In this document: one piece after another, positions 9,162-18,077 of the stretch
How positions within the stretch are numbered: the first letter of the stretch is position 1
How the letters are laid out: each line of letters opens with the position of its first letter
NCBI GenBank assembly: GCA_046596405.1
Contig: JBKJMN010000021.1
Span: 750-64,749, forward strand
Length of the DNA stretch: 64,000 nt
Reading direction: 5' to 3'
From: Burkholderiales bacterium
Lineage (GTDB): Bacteria; Pseudomonadota; Gammaproteobacteria; Burkholderiales; SG8-41
Made by a program: the position numbers and the translations under genes
Notes under the pieces: model-generated
The model's input: the letters and a program-made list of their open reading frames with translations, nothing else
Told to the model about the DNA's origin: nothing
Databases searched by the model: none

Positions 9162-9190
9162 AGCCCCTCTTTTCGAGGGGCTGTTGTTTT
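9162..9190 (+). terminator. Rho-independent terminator after the first pilin gene
   Basis: AGCCCCTC-TTTTC-GAGGGGCT hairpin (9162-9182) followed by GTTGTTTT. Confidence 0.75.
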
Positions 9191-9282
9191 ATAGGCCTGT
9201 GTTTTACGAAACTAATCTGCGCAATCGGTTGGGACCGGTGCAAACCCGCGCGTGCACCACAGGGAGCGGCAATTTGAAAACC

Positions 9283-9690
9283 ATGCGTAGAGGTTTTACA
9301 TTGATCGAGTTGATGATCGTCGTTGCGATCATCGGCATACTGGCGGCGGTCGCGTTACCGGCGTACGGCACTTATACGATACGGGCCAAGGTTTCCGAAC
9401 TGCTCCTCGTGGCGAGCAGCTTCCGGGTCGGCATCACCGAAAAAGCGGTCTCCGATGGGACGATGGGCAGCGCAGGATCCGGTCTTACAGTGGTTTCCGG
9501 CGGACGCGTATCCGGCGGATCGGTTACGAACGCCGGACTGATCACCGTCATAGGAAGCGTAGCGTCGGTCGGCACCGACGTCACCGTCATATTGACGCCA
9601 TCCCTTACCGGCAGGCGAATCCTGTGGGATTGTGGAACGGGCGGCACGACGGCCACCTGGAAATACCTGCCCGCGGAATGCCGGCACTGA
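9283..9690 (+). CDS. Type IVa pilin paralogue (second tandem copy)
   Basis: ORF 9184-9690 trimmed to ATG 9283: [31 protein letters not shown]. Collinear with the first pilin, including the C-terminal WKY(V/L)PAECRH and Cys pair. Confidence 0.9.
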   Translation: MRRGFTLIELMIVVAIIGILAAVALPAYGTYTIRAKVSELLLVASSFRVGITEKAVSDGTMGSAGSGLTVVSGGRVSGGSVTNAGLITVIGSVASVGTDVTVILTPSLTGRRILWDCGTGGTTATWKYLPAECRH

Positions 9691-9720
9691 GGGTTATCTG
9701 ACCGCTGGACTCTCCCGCGC

Positions 9721-11433
9721 TCAGGCAAGTCCCGCGTTATTGCTGACCCCGGACAATTGCGGCACGTTCAGGCGCGGCGCGCTGATCACCTGTTTACTGC
9801 GCAAATAGGCGCTGACGATTTCCCAGACCGGCTGGCCAGTGGCACCCTCCGCAACCGGTGCCCAGCCGGCGACCTTGTAGCGTTTATCGGCGCCGATCAA
9901 TTTTCCATCCAGGGTAAGATTGCTGATGCGATTGCCGATCGCCTGCGTCGGATCGCACGTATATTGCAGTCCGCCGACGCGCACCATGTCGCCCCCCTGC
10001 TGGAGGTAGGGATCGGGATTGAACAGGTTATCGCATATGTCTTCGAGAACGGCCTTGATCGTCTCGCCATTCATTTCGTTCAGCGTCGCGTACGGATAGC
10101 TGATCGCCGTCTGGCTCATCACGTGCTCAAACGTAATGGGCTCGTTGGGCAGAACCGACGTGCCCCAGCGAAATCCCGGCGAGAACGCGATTTCCGCGCC
10201 GCTGACTTCCATCAAAGCATCGAGGATGACCTGGTCAAACGTGCCGTTGAAGTTGCCGCGCCGGTAGAGGAGCGCTTCGCTGAGCGCGAGCTTTTCGCCG
10301 AGTTGTGTTTCGTACGGCGCGCGCACCTTGCTTATCAGGGCGGTCATCTGCTTGTCGGCTTCGAGCATTTGCGAAAAAACGGGCAATAACCGGTATTGAT
10401 ATCCGGCGACATGCTTATTCCGGATGTCGAGGTCGAGCACTGCCAGGAATTTGCCGTTGCACCCCGCATTCGTCACCAGTGTCGTCCCGCCGCGGTTCGT
10501 TACGGCAATCGGGTCGGGCACCGCGTCGTGCGTGTGCCCGCCGAGAATGACGTCGATGCCGCTCACGCGGCCGGCGAGCTTCAGGTCGACATCCATGCCG
10601 TTATGCGACAGCAGGATCACCGCCTGCGCGCCTTTCGCGGTGGCCTCATCGACGGACTTCTGGAGTTTTTCCTCCTGAATGCCGAATGTCCAGTCGGCGA
10701 CGAGGTGCCGGGGATGCGCGATCGGCACATAGGGGAATGCCTGGCCGATGATGGCAATCGGCACGCCGTTGATTTCGCGCATGACCCACGGCGTGAAGAC
10801 GGGGTCGCCGAAATCCGCAGTCGATACATTCTGGGCAAGAAACTCGATGCGCCCATTGAGCTGGGTTTCGACGAGTTCTTTGACGCGTGCCGCCCCCAGC
10901 GTGAACTCCCAATGGCCGGTCATGATGTCGACACCGAGCAGTTTGGCGGCCTGCACCATGTCGTCGCCCCTGGTCCAAAGCGCCGTCGCCGAACCCTGCC
11001 ACGTGTCGCCGCCGTCGAGCAGCAGCGCACCCGGGCGCTGCGCGCGGACACGCTTTACCAGCGTCGCCAAGTGGGCGAATCCGCCGATCTGGCCGTAGGC
11101 CCGTGCGCCCTGCTCGAAATCGAGGTGCGTGAACGCGTGCGCGAGCCTGGTGTTCGGACTGATGCGGTAATGCTTGAGCAGCGCCGCGCCGACGAGATGC
11201 GGCGGCTGGCCAGCCATGCCGGCGATGCCGATGTTCATGCTGGGCTCGCGAAAGTAGCTCGGCAGCAGTTGAGCGTGGCAATCGGTGAAATGCATCAGCG
11301 TTACGTTGTTGCCGAAGCTGTGCAGATCGTAGAAGCCGTTGATCGCGGCGGCGTGCGCTTTGCCGCTGAACGGAAAGCCGGCCGCGGCCGCCACCGCCAG
11401 CGTATGGAGGAATTCGCGCCGGGTCAGAGTCAT
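9721..11433 (-). CDS. soxB: Thiosulfohydrolase SoxB (dimanganese, Tat-exported)
   Basis: Tat signal MTLTRREFLHTLAVAAAAG. Metallophosphoesterase motifs (HFTDCHA, GGDTWQG, LSHNG, GGHTH). About 570 aa, and positioned downstream of soxYZ/XA. Confidence 0.92.
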   Translation of the reverse strand: MTLTRREFLHTLAVAAAAGFPFSGKAHAAAINGFYDLHSFGNNVTLMHFTDCHAQLLPSYFREPSMNIGIAGMAGQPPHLVGAALLKHYRISPNTRLAHAFTHLDFEQGARAYGQIGGFAHLATLVKRVRAQRPGALLLDGGDTWQGSATALWTRGDDMVQAAKLLGVDIMTGHWEFTLGAARVKELVETQLNGRIEFLAQNVSTADFGDPVFTPWVMREINGVPIAIIGQAFPYVPIAHPRHLVADWTFGIQEEKLQKSVDEATAKGAQAVILLSHNGMDVDLKLAGRVSGIDVILGGHTHDAVPDPIAVTNRGGTTLVTNAGCNGKFLAVLDLDIRNKHVAGYQYRLLPVFSQMLEADKQMTALISKVRAPYETQLGEKLALSEALLYRRGNFNGTFDQVILDALMEVSGAEIAFSPGFRWGTSVLPNEPITFEHVMSQTAISYPYATLNEMNGETIKAVLEDICDNLFNPDPYLQQGGDMVRVGGLQYTCDPTQAIGNRISNLTLDGKLIGADKRYKVAGWAPVAEGATGQPVWEIVSAYLRSKQVISAPRLNVPQLSGVSNNAGLA

Positions 11434-11490
11434 GGTGGCGGGGCCGAATTCAAGTGCAAATTACGCGAGTGGCGCAACGTTGCGCGCAAC

Positions 11491-12792
11491 TTAGTGGCGG
11501 ATACCGGGCGAATTGATTTTCTCGCCCTTGTTGAGCGCCGCCAGCGCGAGTTCCAGGTCGCCGTATTCGCGCGCGTCCGGCGGCAACTCGCCGGCGCGCA
11601 CCGACACGTTGCACCATTGAAAGCGCTTACGAACGTCCCAGATATCGCCGCGGCTCGTCCGCCACGTCGGGAAATGCGCGACCGTGCCTTTCGATTCCAC
11701 CAGGTACTGGCCGCGTACCCATTTGTTCACGTGCACACTATGGCAGTCGACACATGCCATGTTGAGCTGGCCGATTTTGCGCTTCATCAACGCCTGCCCG
11801 GATTTGAGCGCTGCGCGTGCGCCGCTGCTCGACAGGTCCGGACTGATCGGCGAGCCGTTAGCGAGATTGTGCAGATAAATGGACAGCCCGATGTTCTCGT
11901 TGCCTTGCATGAGCAGGTCGTCGCCGGTGGTCGCGCGCGCGTGCCGCGTGATGAATTCCTCGACGCCCAGCACGCGCTTCAATCGCGGTTCATAGGTCGG
12001 CATGCGTGCGGCCCACGTTCGCAAAGCGGTTTCCGGCGCGGCATGGCATGACGCACACGATTTGCCGCTGACGCCCGTGCGCTTGAACACCTCTTTGCCC
12101 AGATCGAGCCCGAACGCCGCTGGATTTTCGGTCGGGTCAAGATTGTCACGGCTTTCGACCGGCGCGGGCCGCGTGTTCGGATTTTCATTCTTGTCGGCGA
12201 TCGCGTAGGGTTCCTTGAGCGTCTTCAGGAAAGCGACGATGTCGCGTACTTCGTCGAGGCGGTAGACCTGATACGCACCCCACGGCGGCATGATGCTGGT
12301 GGCATTGTAGATGCGCGGATCGTAAACGTAGTTGAACAGAAATTGATCGTCGCGCGTCGCGCCTATCGTCGACAGGTCGGGCCCGACGTTGCCCGGCTGC
12401 GCGGGCGTTGTCTTGCCCATGACGTGGCAAACGACGCAGCTGCCGCCGCGCGCGCGGTCGTAAGCGAGCGCGCGTCCGCGCTCCGCGTCGCCCACGACTG
12501 GCAACGTAAACCCGGGTGGGGGATGCATCGGCGGCGACAGGTTGGCTTGCGCCAGATTGCTGAATTCGCGCCAATCGGTCTGCGGCCATGTCGAGCCCTG
12601 CGAATCGACTTTGTAACGCTGCCACGGCCTAACCGAGGCAGGCTTTTTGAGTTCGAGCGGCGCTTTCGCGGTGGCGTGGGGCGGTTGCGCAGCGATGCCG
12701 GAACCGCAAATTATCATCATCAAGACCGCGGCGGCGCCAATACCGGGCGCCCGCAGCGGGTATGCGCTGAAGAACGGCTTGCGCGCATGCAA
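11491..12792 (-). CDS. soxXA: Fused SoxX-SoxA tri-heme cytochrome c
   Basis: Single uninterrupted frame. The N-terminal part is SoxX-like (GGSCVVCHVMG...GNVGPDL...MPPWG). The C-terminal part is SoxA-like with two CxxCH sites (CASCH, CVDCH), the FQWCN active-site Cys, and the ending SPGIRH. The start is set at TTG 12792, giving MHARKPFF.. plus a signal-like GIGAAAVLMMIICGSGIAA. The longer ORF to 12972 would overlap soxZ. Start uncertain. Confidence 0.85.
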   Translation of the reverse strand: MHARKPFFSAYPLRAPGIGAAAVLMMIICGSGIAAQPPHATAKAPLELKKPASVRPWQRYKVDSQGSTWPQTDWREFSNLAQANLSPPMHPPPGFTLPVVGDAERGRALAYDRARGGSCVVCHVMGKTTPAQPGNVGPDLSTIGATRDDQFLFNYVYDPRIYNATSIMPPWGAYQVYRLDEVRDIVAFLKTLKEPYAIADKNENPNTRPAPVESRDNLDPTENPAAFGLDLGKEVFKRTGVSGKSCASCHAAPETALRTWAARMPTYEPRLKRVLGVEEFITRHARATTGDDLLMQGNENIGLSIYLHNLANGSPISPDLSSSGARAALKSGQALMKRKIGQLNMACVDCHSVHVNKWVRGQYLVESKGTVAHFPTWRTSRGDIWDVRKRFQWCNVSVRAGELPPDAREYGDLELALAALNKGEKINSPGIRH

Positions 12793-12833
12793 TACCTGCG
12801 GTGCGGCATTTCGCGCGGCGACGGCTGCGCGAC

Positions 12834-13154
12834 TCAAGCGGCGGCCACTGTCGTGTCGATACTGCCTTTGTCGCCACCGGTGTCCGTCCAGTTCACGGTG
12901 ATTTTGTCGCCCGCCTTGGCGCCTTTCACGCGAAACCCTAAAAACGGGTTGCGCGCGACCGCCTGGCTCCATTGGACGTCCAGCACGACTTTACCGTTGT
13001 GAGTCGCGGTTACACTTTGAATGAAATGCACGGGCACCAGTTCCCCTTTTTCATTCTTGCGCTGGCCGGTTTCCATCGGATGGCTCATCAGCACCTTGAC
13101 GTCGGCGGCGTCGCCTTCCATTTTCGCGCGAATTTTCATCGGTTCAGCCATCAA
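12834..13154 (-). CDS. soxZ: Sulfur carrier complex subunit SoxZ
   Basis: 106 aa. MKIRAK..GD.ADVKVLMSHPMETGQRK...HFI is typical of SoxZ. It lies immediately downstream of soxY. Confidence 0.9.
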   Translation of the reverse strand: MMAEPMKIRAKMEGDAADVKVLMSHPMETGQRKNEKGELVPVHFIQSVTATHNGKVVLDVQWSQAVARNPFLGFRVKGAKAGDKITVNWTDTGGDKGSIDTTVAAA

Positions 13155-13191
13155 CGATTCCTCGGGTTGGGGGAGAGCGATCGACGCGCGG

Positions 13192-13662
13192 TCAACCGCC
13201 GCAACCGCCTATCGTGACCTTGACTTCTTTGGTGGCGGTAAAAAATTTACCGTCGGCTTTGACGACCACAACGATGTTCGAGGTCTGGCCCATCTTGACT
13301 TTGGTCGACACGTAGCTCTCGGCGCCATTGGCGAAATCATAACTGCTGTTGAGTGGAAACGGATTCTTGTCGACGACGATGGAAATGCTCTGCGTATTCG
13401 GAATTTTGCTCGTGACCGTGATCGGCACCTGCGCGCCGTTTTCAGCGATATCGGGCGCGGCGAGGATGATGTCCTTGCTGGGCTGGGCGGCTGCGACCCC
13501 CAGTGATTTGAGCGCGTCGGCCGCGGTCTTGGCGTCGAAGCCCGGCTTGTTCCATACCGCAGCGAGCGCGTTGCCTGTCCTGAGCAGACCGGCACCCGCC
13601 GCCACCGCCAGGGGGATGCCGGCGCCTATCGCCTGCAGCAGTTTTCTGCGAAATCGATGCAT
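13192..13662 (-). CDS. soxY: Sulfur carrier protein SoxY
   Basis: ORF trimmed to ATG 13662 (MHRFRRKLLQAIGAG.., Tat-like), preceded by GGAGAAACC. It ends with the diagnostic VKVTIGGCGG swinging-arm motif. Confidence 0.93.
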   Translation of the reverse strand: MHRFRRKLLQAIGAGIPLAVAAGAGLLRTGNALAAVWNKPGFDAKTAADALKSLGVAAAQPSKDIILAAPDIAENGAQVPITVTSKIPNTQSISIVVDKNPFPLNSSYDFANGAESYVSTKVKMGQTSNIVVVVKADGKFFTATKEVKVTIGGCGG

Positions 13663-13829
13663 GGTTTCTCCTTCGGGATGCAGCCTGCCGGATTGTTCCG
13701 GACTGGATAATGCCACGGGGCCTGGCAGCGGAGGCCATGCTAGCCAAGTTTCGCAGCGCTGTCTATTGCGGGGATCGCCGTCGTGTATGGCGCGCGGACG
13801 ATAAGCCGGCGGCGAATCGCGCGTCGTAA

Positions 13830-14315
13830 TTAAACCTCGCGCTTGCGCAACCAATGCCCCGACTTGCCGCCTTTTTTCTCAAGCAGACACAGCTCTTCAA
13901 TATGCATGCCGCGGTCGACGGCTTTGCACATGTCGTAAATCGTCAGCAGGCCGGCCGCGACAGCCGTCAAGGCTTCCATTTCAACGCCAGTGCGCCCGCG
14001 TGTTTCTGCCTGGACCATGCAAGTTACCGCATTGTTTTTGCTATCGACGCTGAATTCGACGCCGATGCGGGTCAGGGCCAACGGGTGGGCGAGCGGGATC
14101 AGGTCGGCCGTGCGTTTCGCGCCCTGAATCGCGGCAATGCGGGCAATTCCCAACACGTCGCCTTTCTTGGCGCCGCCCGCGGTAATCATCGCCAGCGTTG
14201 CGCGTTGCATGACGATGCGCCCGCTCGCGCGGGCGACCCGATGTGTTTCTGCTTTGTCGCCGACATCCACCATATGCGCCTGACCGCGCGTATCGAAATG
14301 CGTCAATTTTTTCAA
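13830..14315 (-). CDS. moaC: Cyclic pyranopterin monophosphate synthase MoaC
   Basis: LTHFD..G.A.MVDV..K..T.R.A, the IPLCHP-like LIPLAHP, and [10 protein letters not shown] motifs. 161 aa. Confidence 0.92.
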   Translation of the reverse strand: MKKLTHFDTRGQAHMVDVGDKAETHRVARASGRIVMQRATLAMITAGGAKKGDVLGIARIAAIQGAKRTADLIPLAHPLALTRIGVEFSVDSKNNAVTCMVQAETRGRTGVEMEALTAVAAGLLTIYDMCKAVDRGMHIEELCLLEKKGGKSGHWLRKREV

Positions 14316-14572
14316 ATTCTCTCCCGATCCGGGCCGGCAGCCTCGTTCAATTTACCAAGTATAAGATATCGCCACCGCCCTGCGCTTACCAATTCCGCGC
14401 GTTGCGCGGCGATTGGTCTTACTCGTTTCACCCGGCACCTGCTGCGCGTTTTCTCCAGTCTGACTTGTGCACGACCAAAAATTCCTGCGCCGCATATTCC
14501 GGAGCGGTGGACGTTGTCGCGCTGAACGAGGCCGGCAGCTGAACTTCCGCAAATTCGGATTATCATAGATGG

Positions 14573-16009
14573 GTGATATCCCTATATCGATTGCTGGTGC
14601 TGTTTTTAGGCGCGCTGCCCGCGGCGCTGGGGCAGGGATTGCCCGATCTCGGCGATGCGTCGCAAAGCGATTTGTCCCCGCAGATGGAGCGCCGCCTCGG
14701 CGAGAGCATCATGCGCGAAATCCGTGCCGATCCGAGCTATTCAGACGACGCGGAAATCACCGATTATCTGAATAATCTCGGGTATAAACTCGTCGCCGCC
14801 AGCGCCGACTCGCGCCAGCAATTCAATTTTTTTCTGATCATGGATCCGCAGGTCAATGCGTTCGCGCTACCGGGCGGATTCGTCGGCATCAATTCGGGGC
14901 TGTTGCTGACCGCACAAAGCGAGTCTGAACTCGCTGGCGTCGTTTCGCACGAAGTGGCGCACGTGACGCAACGCCACATGGCGCGCATGCTCGCGCAACA
15001 AAAACAGTCAACGGTTGCGTCGATTGCCGCGCTTGCCGTAGCGCTGCTTGCCGCGCGCTCCAATCCCGACATCGCGCAGGCGGCAGTCGCGGCGGCCGGC
15101 GCAAGCTCCATTCAGTCGCAGCTCAATTACACGCGCGATCATGAGCGCGAAGCAGACCGCGTTGGATTTCAGGTGCTCGAAAAAGCGGGTTTCGACGCGC
15201 ACGCGATGGCGCTGTTTTTCGAGCGCATGCAGCGCGCGACCCGGTTTTACGAGACGAGCGCGCCGGCCTATCTGCGCACCCACCCGATGACTTACGAACG
15301 CATCGCCGACATGCAGAACCGCGCGCAAAACCTCGCGTATCGCCAGGTTCCCGACAGTCTCGATTTTCAGCTGATGCGCGCAAAAATCAGGTCGGCACAG
15401 GATACGCCCGCGGAGGCGTTGGCGTTTTTCGAGGAAAGTCTGGGTGAGCGCAAATATCTGAGCGAAGCCGCGAGCCGCTATGGCCTGATTAGCGCGCTGA
15501 TGCGCGTCAAAGCTTATGCGCGTGCCGGCCGCGAACTCGCGACGCTGCGCAGGGCGCTGCCTGACCGTCCGGCGGTCGAGGCGCTGGCGGCGCGTTACTA
15601 CGTTGCGAGCGGCGATACGAACGCGGCATTGCAGACTTACCGGGATTCAATAAAGAGCCATCCGGGCTATCGCGCGCTGGTTTACGATTATGCGGAACTG
15701 CTGCTCGCGAACCGGCAAGCCGGCGAGGCGCTGAAACTCATCGAAAGCCGGCTGCAATATTCGGTCTCCGACCACCACATGTACCAACTCCAGGCCAAAT
15801 GCTACGCCGCCCTCGGCAAGCGGCTGTCGCAGCACCGGGCCTCGGCAGAGGCGTATTACCGGTTGGGCAACGTGCGCGCGGCCATTGAACAACTCTTGCT
15901 GGCGCAAAAAAGCGGCGACGGCGATTTTTACCAGCAATCGAGCGTGGATGCGCGCTTGCGCGAATTGCGGATGCAGGACGACGAAATGCGCCGCGAAAAT
16001 CGCAAATAG
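14573..16009 (+). CDS. bepA: Periplasmic M48 metalloprotease with C-terminal TPR domain (BepA/YfgC-like)
   Basis: Signal peptide. HEVAHVTQRHMAR is nearly identical to the E. coli BepA zinc motif as I recall it (HEISHVTQRH). The C-terminal half is TPR-like. About 478 aa. Confidence 0.8.
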   Translation: MISLYRLLVLFLGALPAALGQGLPDLGDASQSDLSPQMERRLGESIMREIRADPSYSDDAEITDYLNNLGYKLVAASADSRQQFNFFLIMDPQVNAFALPGGFVGINSGLLLTAQSESELAGVVSHEVAHVTQRHMARMLAQQKQSTVASIAALAVALLAARSNPDIAQAAVAAAGASSIQSQLNYTRDHEREADRVGFQVLEKAGFDAHAMALFFERMQRATRFYETSAPAYLRTHPMTYERIADMQNRAQNLAYRQVPDSLDFQLMRAKIRSAQDTPAEALAFFEESLGERKYLSEAASRYGLISALMRVKAYARAGRELATLRRALPDRPAVEALAARYYVASGDTNAALQTYRDSIKSHPGYRALVYDYAELLLANRQAGEALKLIESRLQYSVSDHHMYQLQAKCYAALGKRLSQHRASAEAYYRLGNVRAAIEQLLLAQKSGDGDFYQQSSVDARLRELRMQDDEMRRENRK

Positions 16010-16395
16010 CCAGCCAGGGCGCGAAGGAACAAGGCGTGGGGCCTGAATATCGCCTTGGCTCAGCCGCCGAAGAAGTCCACGAACGTAAACACCATGGGTT
16101 AGCGGGCCCGGCGTTGTTTCCCCGAGCGCGAGTCCGTCGCTCATCTGCGCGGTCAGCCAGCCGAATTGCGCTACGCCGCCTTGATAGATGTAGGGCAGCT
16201 CCGCGTAAGCGCCGCGGGGCGTCAATAGCGTTTCGCGGCGTATCCAGAGGTGTTTTAACCCCCGCGAACCCAATTTAATGCCCCAGCCCGCGAAATCATC
16301 AGAAGCAACGCAAATTTCCGCCTTTATGGTATTGTATTTACTTGCTAATCGGGTTCGCGAACGGCTGCAAGGGACGGCGCCGCAGGGTTAACAAC

Positions 16396-17697
16396 ATGAC
16401 AATCAAAAAGATCGGCAAATACGAAATCATTCGCGAATTGGGCAAAGGCGCGACCAGTATCGTCTACGAGGCCCTGGACCCTTTCGTGAATCGCCACGTC
16501 GCGATGAAAGTCGTGATGCAGGAGGCGTTGGGCGACAAGGAGCACGGCCGCCGTTACCGCAAGCTGTTTGTAACCGAGGCCTCGCTCGCGGGCAAGCTCT
16601 CGCACCCGCATATCGTGAGCATTTACGACGCCGTCGCCGACGACGAGGCGAGCTACATCGTGATGGAATATGTCGACGGCACGACCCTCGAGCAGTACTC
16701 GCGACCCGAGCATCTGCTGTCGATCAACAAAGTGATCGAGATCGTTTTTAAGTGCACCAAGGCGCTCGACTACGCGGCCAAGCATGGCGTCATCCACCGC
16801 GACATCAAGCCGGCCAACATTATGCTGTCCGGCGAGAACGACATCAAGATCACCGACTTCGGCGCGGCGCAGACGACGGCGACCGAAACGACCCAGATCA
16901 CGGGTATCGGCTCGCCGGCATACATGTCGCCGGAGCAGGTCAAGGAAATGGCGCTCACGCATCAGACGGATATTTTCTCGCTTGGCGTCGTGCTGTATCA
17001 GATGCTGACGGGCAAGCTGCCGTTCCAGGCCAATAACAATTACAGCATGATTTATCAGATCATCAATGCAGAGGCCCCGGTGCCCAGTGTAATCCGGCCC
17101 GAAATTCCCCCCCAGCTCGACGCGATCGTGAAACGCGCGCTGCAGAAAAACACGACGGACCGCTATCAATCATGGGAAGAAATTTCGCACGAACTGGTCG
17201 CGGTGTTCGGCAATCTGCAGAAACCGGAAAAGAACATCCCGGACAGCGAAAAATTCAATGCGCTGCGCAAACTCATTTTTTTCAAGAATTTCGCCGATGT
17301 CGAATTGTGGGAGGTTTTGCGGGTGACGAGCTGGGGGAAGTTTGGGCCCGGCCAGGTGCTGATCAAGGAGGGCGATGTCGGCAAGTCGTTCTTTATACTC
17401 GCCGCGGGCGAAGTCAAGATCAGCAAGCAGAGCAAGCTTTTGAACGTGCTGCGCACCGGCGATTGCTTTGGCGAGATGGCCTACCTCGGCAAAAAGCAGT
17501 TCCAGCGCACCGCCAGCGTTATCTCGGCAACCGACATCACGGTGATCGAGATCAAGGCCGAAGCGCTCACGCAGGCCTCCGAGTTGTGCCGCCACAACTT
17601 TAACGGTGCGTTTCTGGAAATCCTCGTCGACCGCCTGTCGATGGCCAATACGCGACTGTCGCAGTTGCTCGCGGACAAGAACATCAGCGTTTTTTAA
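16396..17697 (+). CDS. Hanks-type Ser/Thr protein kinase fused to a C-terminal cyclic-nucleotide-binding domain
   Basis: ATG 16396. Kinase motifs: GKGATSIVY, VAMK, HRDIKPANIM, TDFGAA, SPAYMSPEQ. C-terminal cNMP-binding motifs: FFKNF...LIKEGD.G.SFFILAAGEV...GDCFGEMAYL...RTASV. Confidence 0.85.
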   Translation: MTIKKIGKYEIIRELGKGATSIVYEALDPFVNRHVAMKVVMQEALGDKEHGRRYRKLFVTEASLAGKLSHPHIVSIYDAVADDEASYIVMEYVDGTTLEQYSRPEHLLSINKVIEIVFKCTKALDYAAKHGVIHRDIKPANIMLSGENDIKITDFGAAQTTATETTQITGIGSPAYMSPEQVKEMALTHQTDIFSLGVVLYQMLTGKLPFQANNNYSMIYQIINAEAPVPSVIRPEIPPQLDAIVKRALQKNTTDRYQSWEEISHELVAVFGNLQKPEKNIPDSEKFNALRKLIFFKNFADVELWEVLRVTSWGKFGPGQVLIKEGDVGKSFFILAAGEVKISKQSKLLNVLRTGDCFGEMAYLGKKQFQRTASVISATDITVIEIKAEALTQASELCRHNFNGAFLEILVDRLSMANTRLSQLLADKNISVF

Positions 17698-17752
17698 CGT
17701 CGTCCAACGCACCTTCGAGCGCGCCAAACGCACGCTGCGGTCCCGCGGCGCC

Positions 17753-17781
17753 TTGCCAGTATGGCACGGCCGCCGTATATT
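17753..17781 (+). promoter_or_regulatory. Candidate sigma-70 promoter for tusA (TTGCCA-17-TATATT)
   Basis: -35 at 17753-17758, a 17-nt spacer, and -10 at 17776-17781, about 35 nt upstream of tusA ATG. Consensus match only. Confidence 0.35.
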
Positions 17782-17816
17782 AAACTCCGACAAAAACATG
17801 CCAGCCTGGAGCGAGA

Positions 17817-18044
17817 ATGGAATTCGACAAGGAACTCGATGCGCGCGGACTGAATTGTCCGCTGCCCATATTGCGTACGAAAAAATCGCTCAACGACATG
17901 GTGTCCGGCCAGATTCTGCGCGTGGTCGCAACGGATCCGGGCGCGGTCAAGGATTTTCAGGCTTTTTCCAGACAAACCGGCCACGAGTTGCTGTCGGCGG
18001 AAACCGCCTCCAATGAGTTTGTCTTTTTCATGAAAAAGAAGTAG
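17817..18044 (+). CDS. tusA: TusA-family sulfurtransferase
   Basis: 75 aa. LDARGLNCPLPILRTKK carries the conserved CP(x)P active-site Cys motif. Confidence 0.9.
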   Translation: MEFDKELDARGLNCPLPILRTKKSLNDMVSGQILRVVATDPGAVKDFQAFSRQTGHELLSAETASNEFVFFMKKK

Positions 18045-18077
18045 TGCCGCCCGCCTGCCTGCTCACCGGAATCACCC

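Noticed and set aside
9190-9282. Search for a sigma-54 promoter for the second pilin (CGGTTGGGACCGGTGC)
   Set aside because: The GG/GC spacing is off by one, and no other candidate was found. The region is left unannotated.
10396-12051. 551-aa ORF on the plus strand
   Set aside because: It is entirely antisense to soxB and soxXA, which have unmistakable motifs. Its Arg/Ala/Gly-rich composition is typical of shadow ORFs in GC-rich DNA.
12793-12972. Longer N-terminus for soxXA (start at 12972)
   Set aside because: It would overlap soxZ by 139 nt. It encodes a highly basic, non-signal-like sequence. TTG 12792 gives a normal signal peptide.
14316-14572. Possible Moco riboswitch upstream of moaC
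   Set aside because: I could not recognise the conserved Moco-motif helices or loops by eye. A covariance-model search (Rfam RF01055) would be needed.
15647-16273. 208-aa minus-strand ORF spanning the bepA 3' end and the bepA-kinase spacer
   Set aside because: About 360 nt are antisense to bepA. I recognised no motif, and there is no RBS at the start. The non-overlapping part (16010-16273) could be a gene remnant, but I cannot support that.
16327-16346. Sigma-54-like TGGTAT....TTGCT upstream of the Ser/Thr kinase
   Set aside because: The GG-to-GC spacing is 4 nt too long, and RpoN promoters do not tolerate this.
17762-17777. TGGCACGGCCGCCGT upstream of tusA as a sigma-54 promoter
   Set aside because: The -24 half is good, but the -12 position reads CCGT instead of TTGC. 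A sigma-70 reading (TTGCCA-17-TATATT) fits better.
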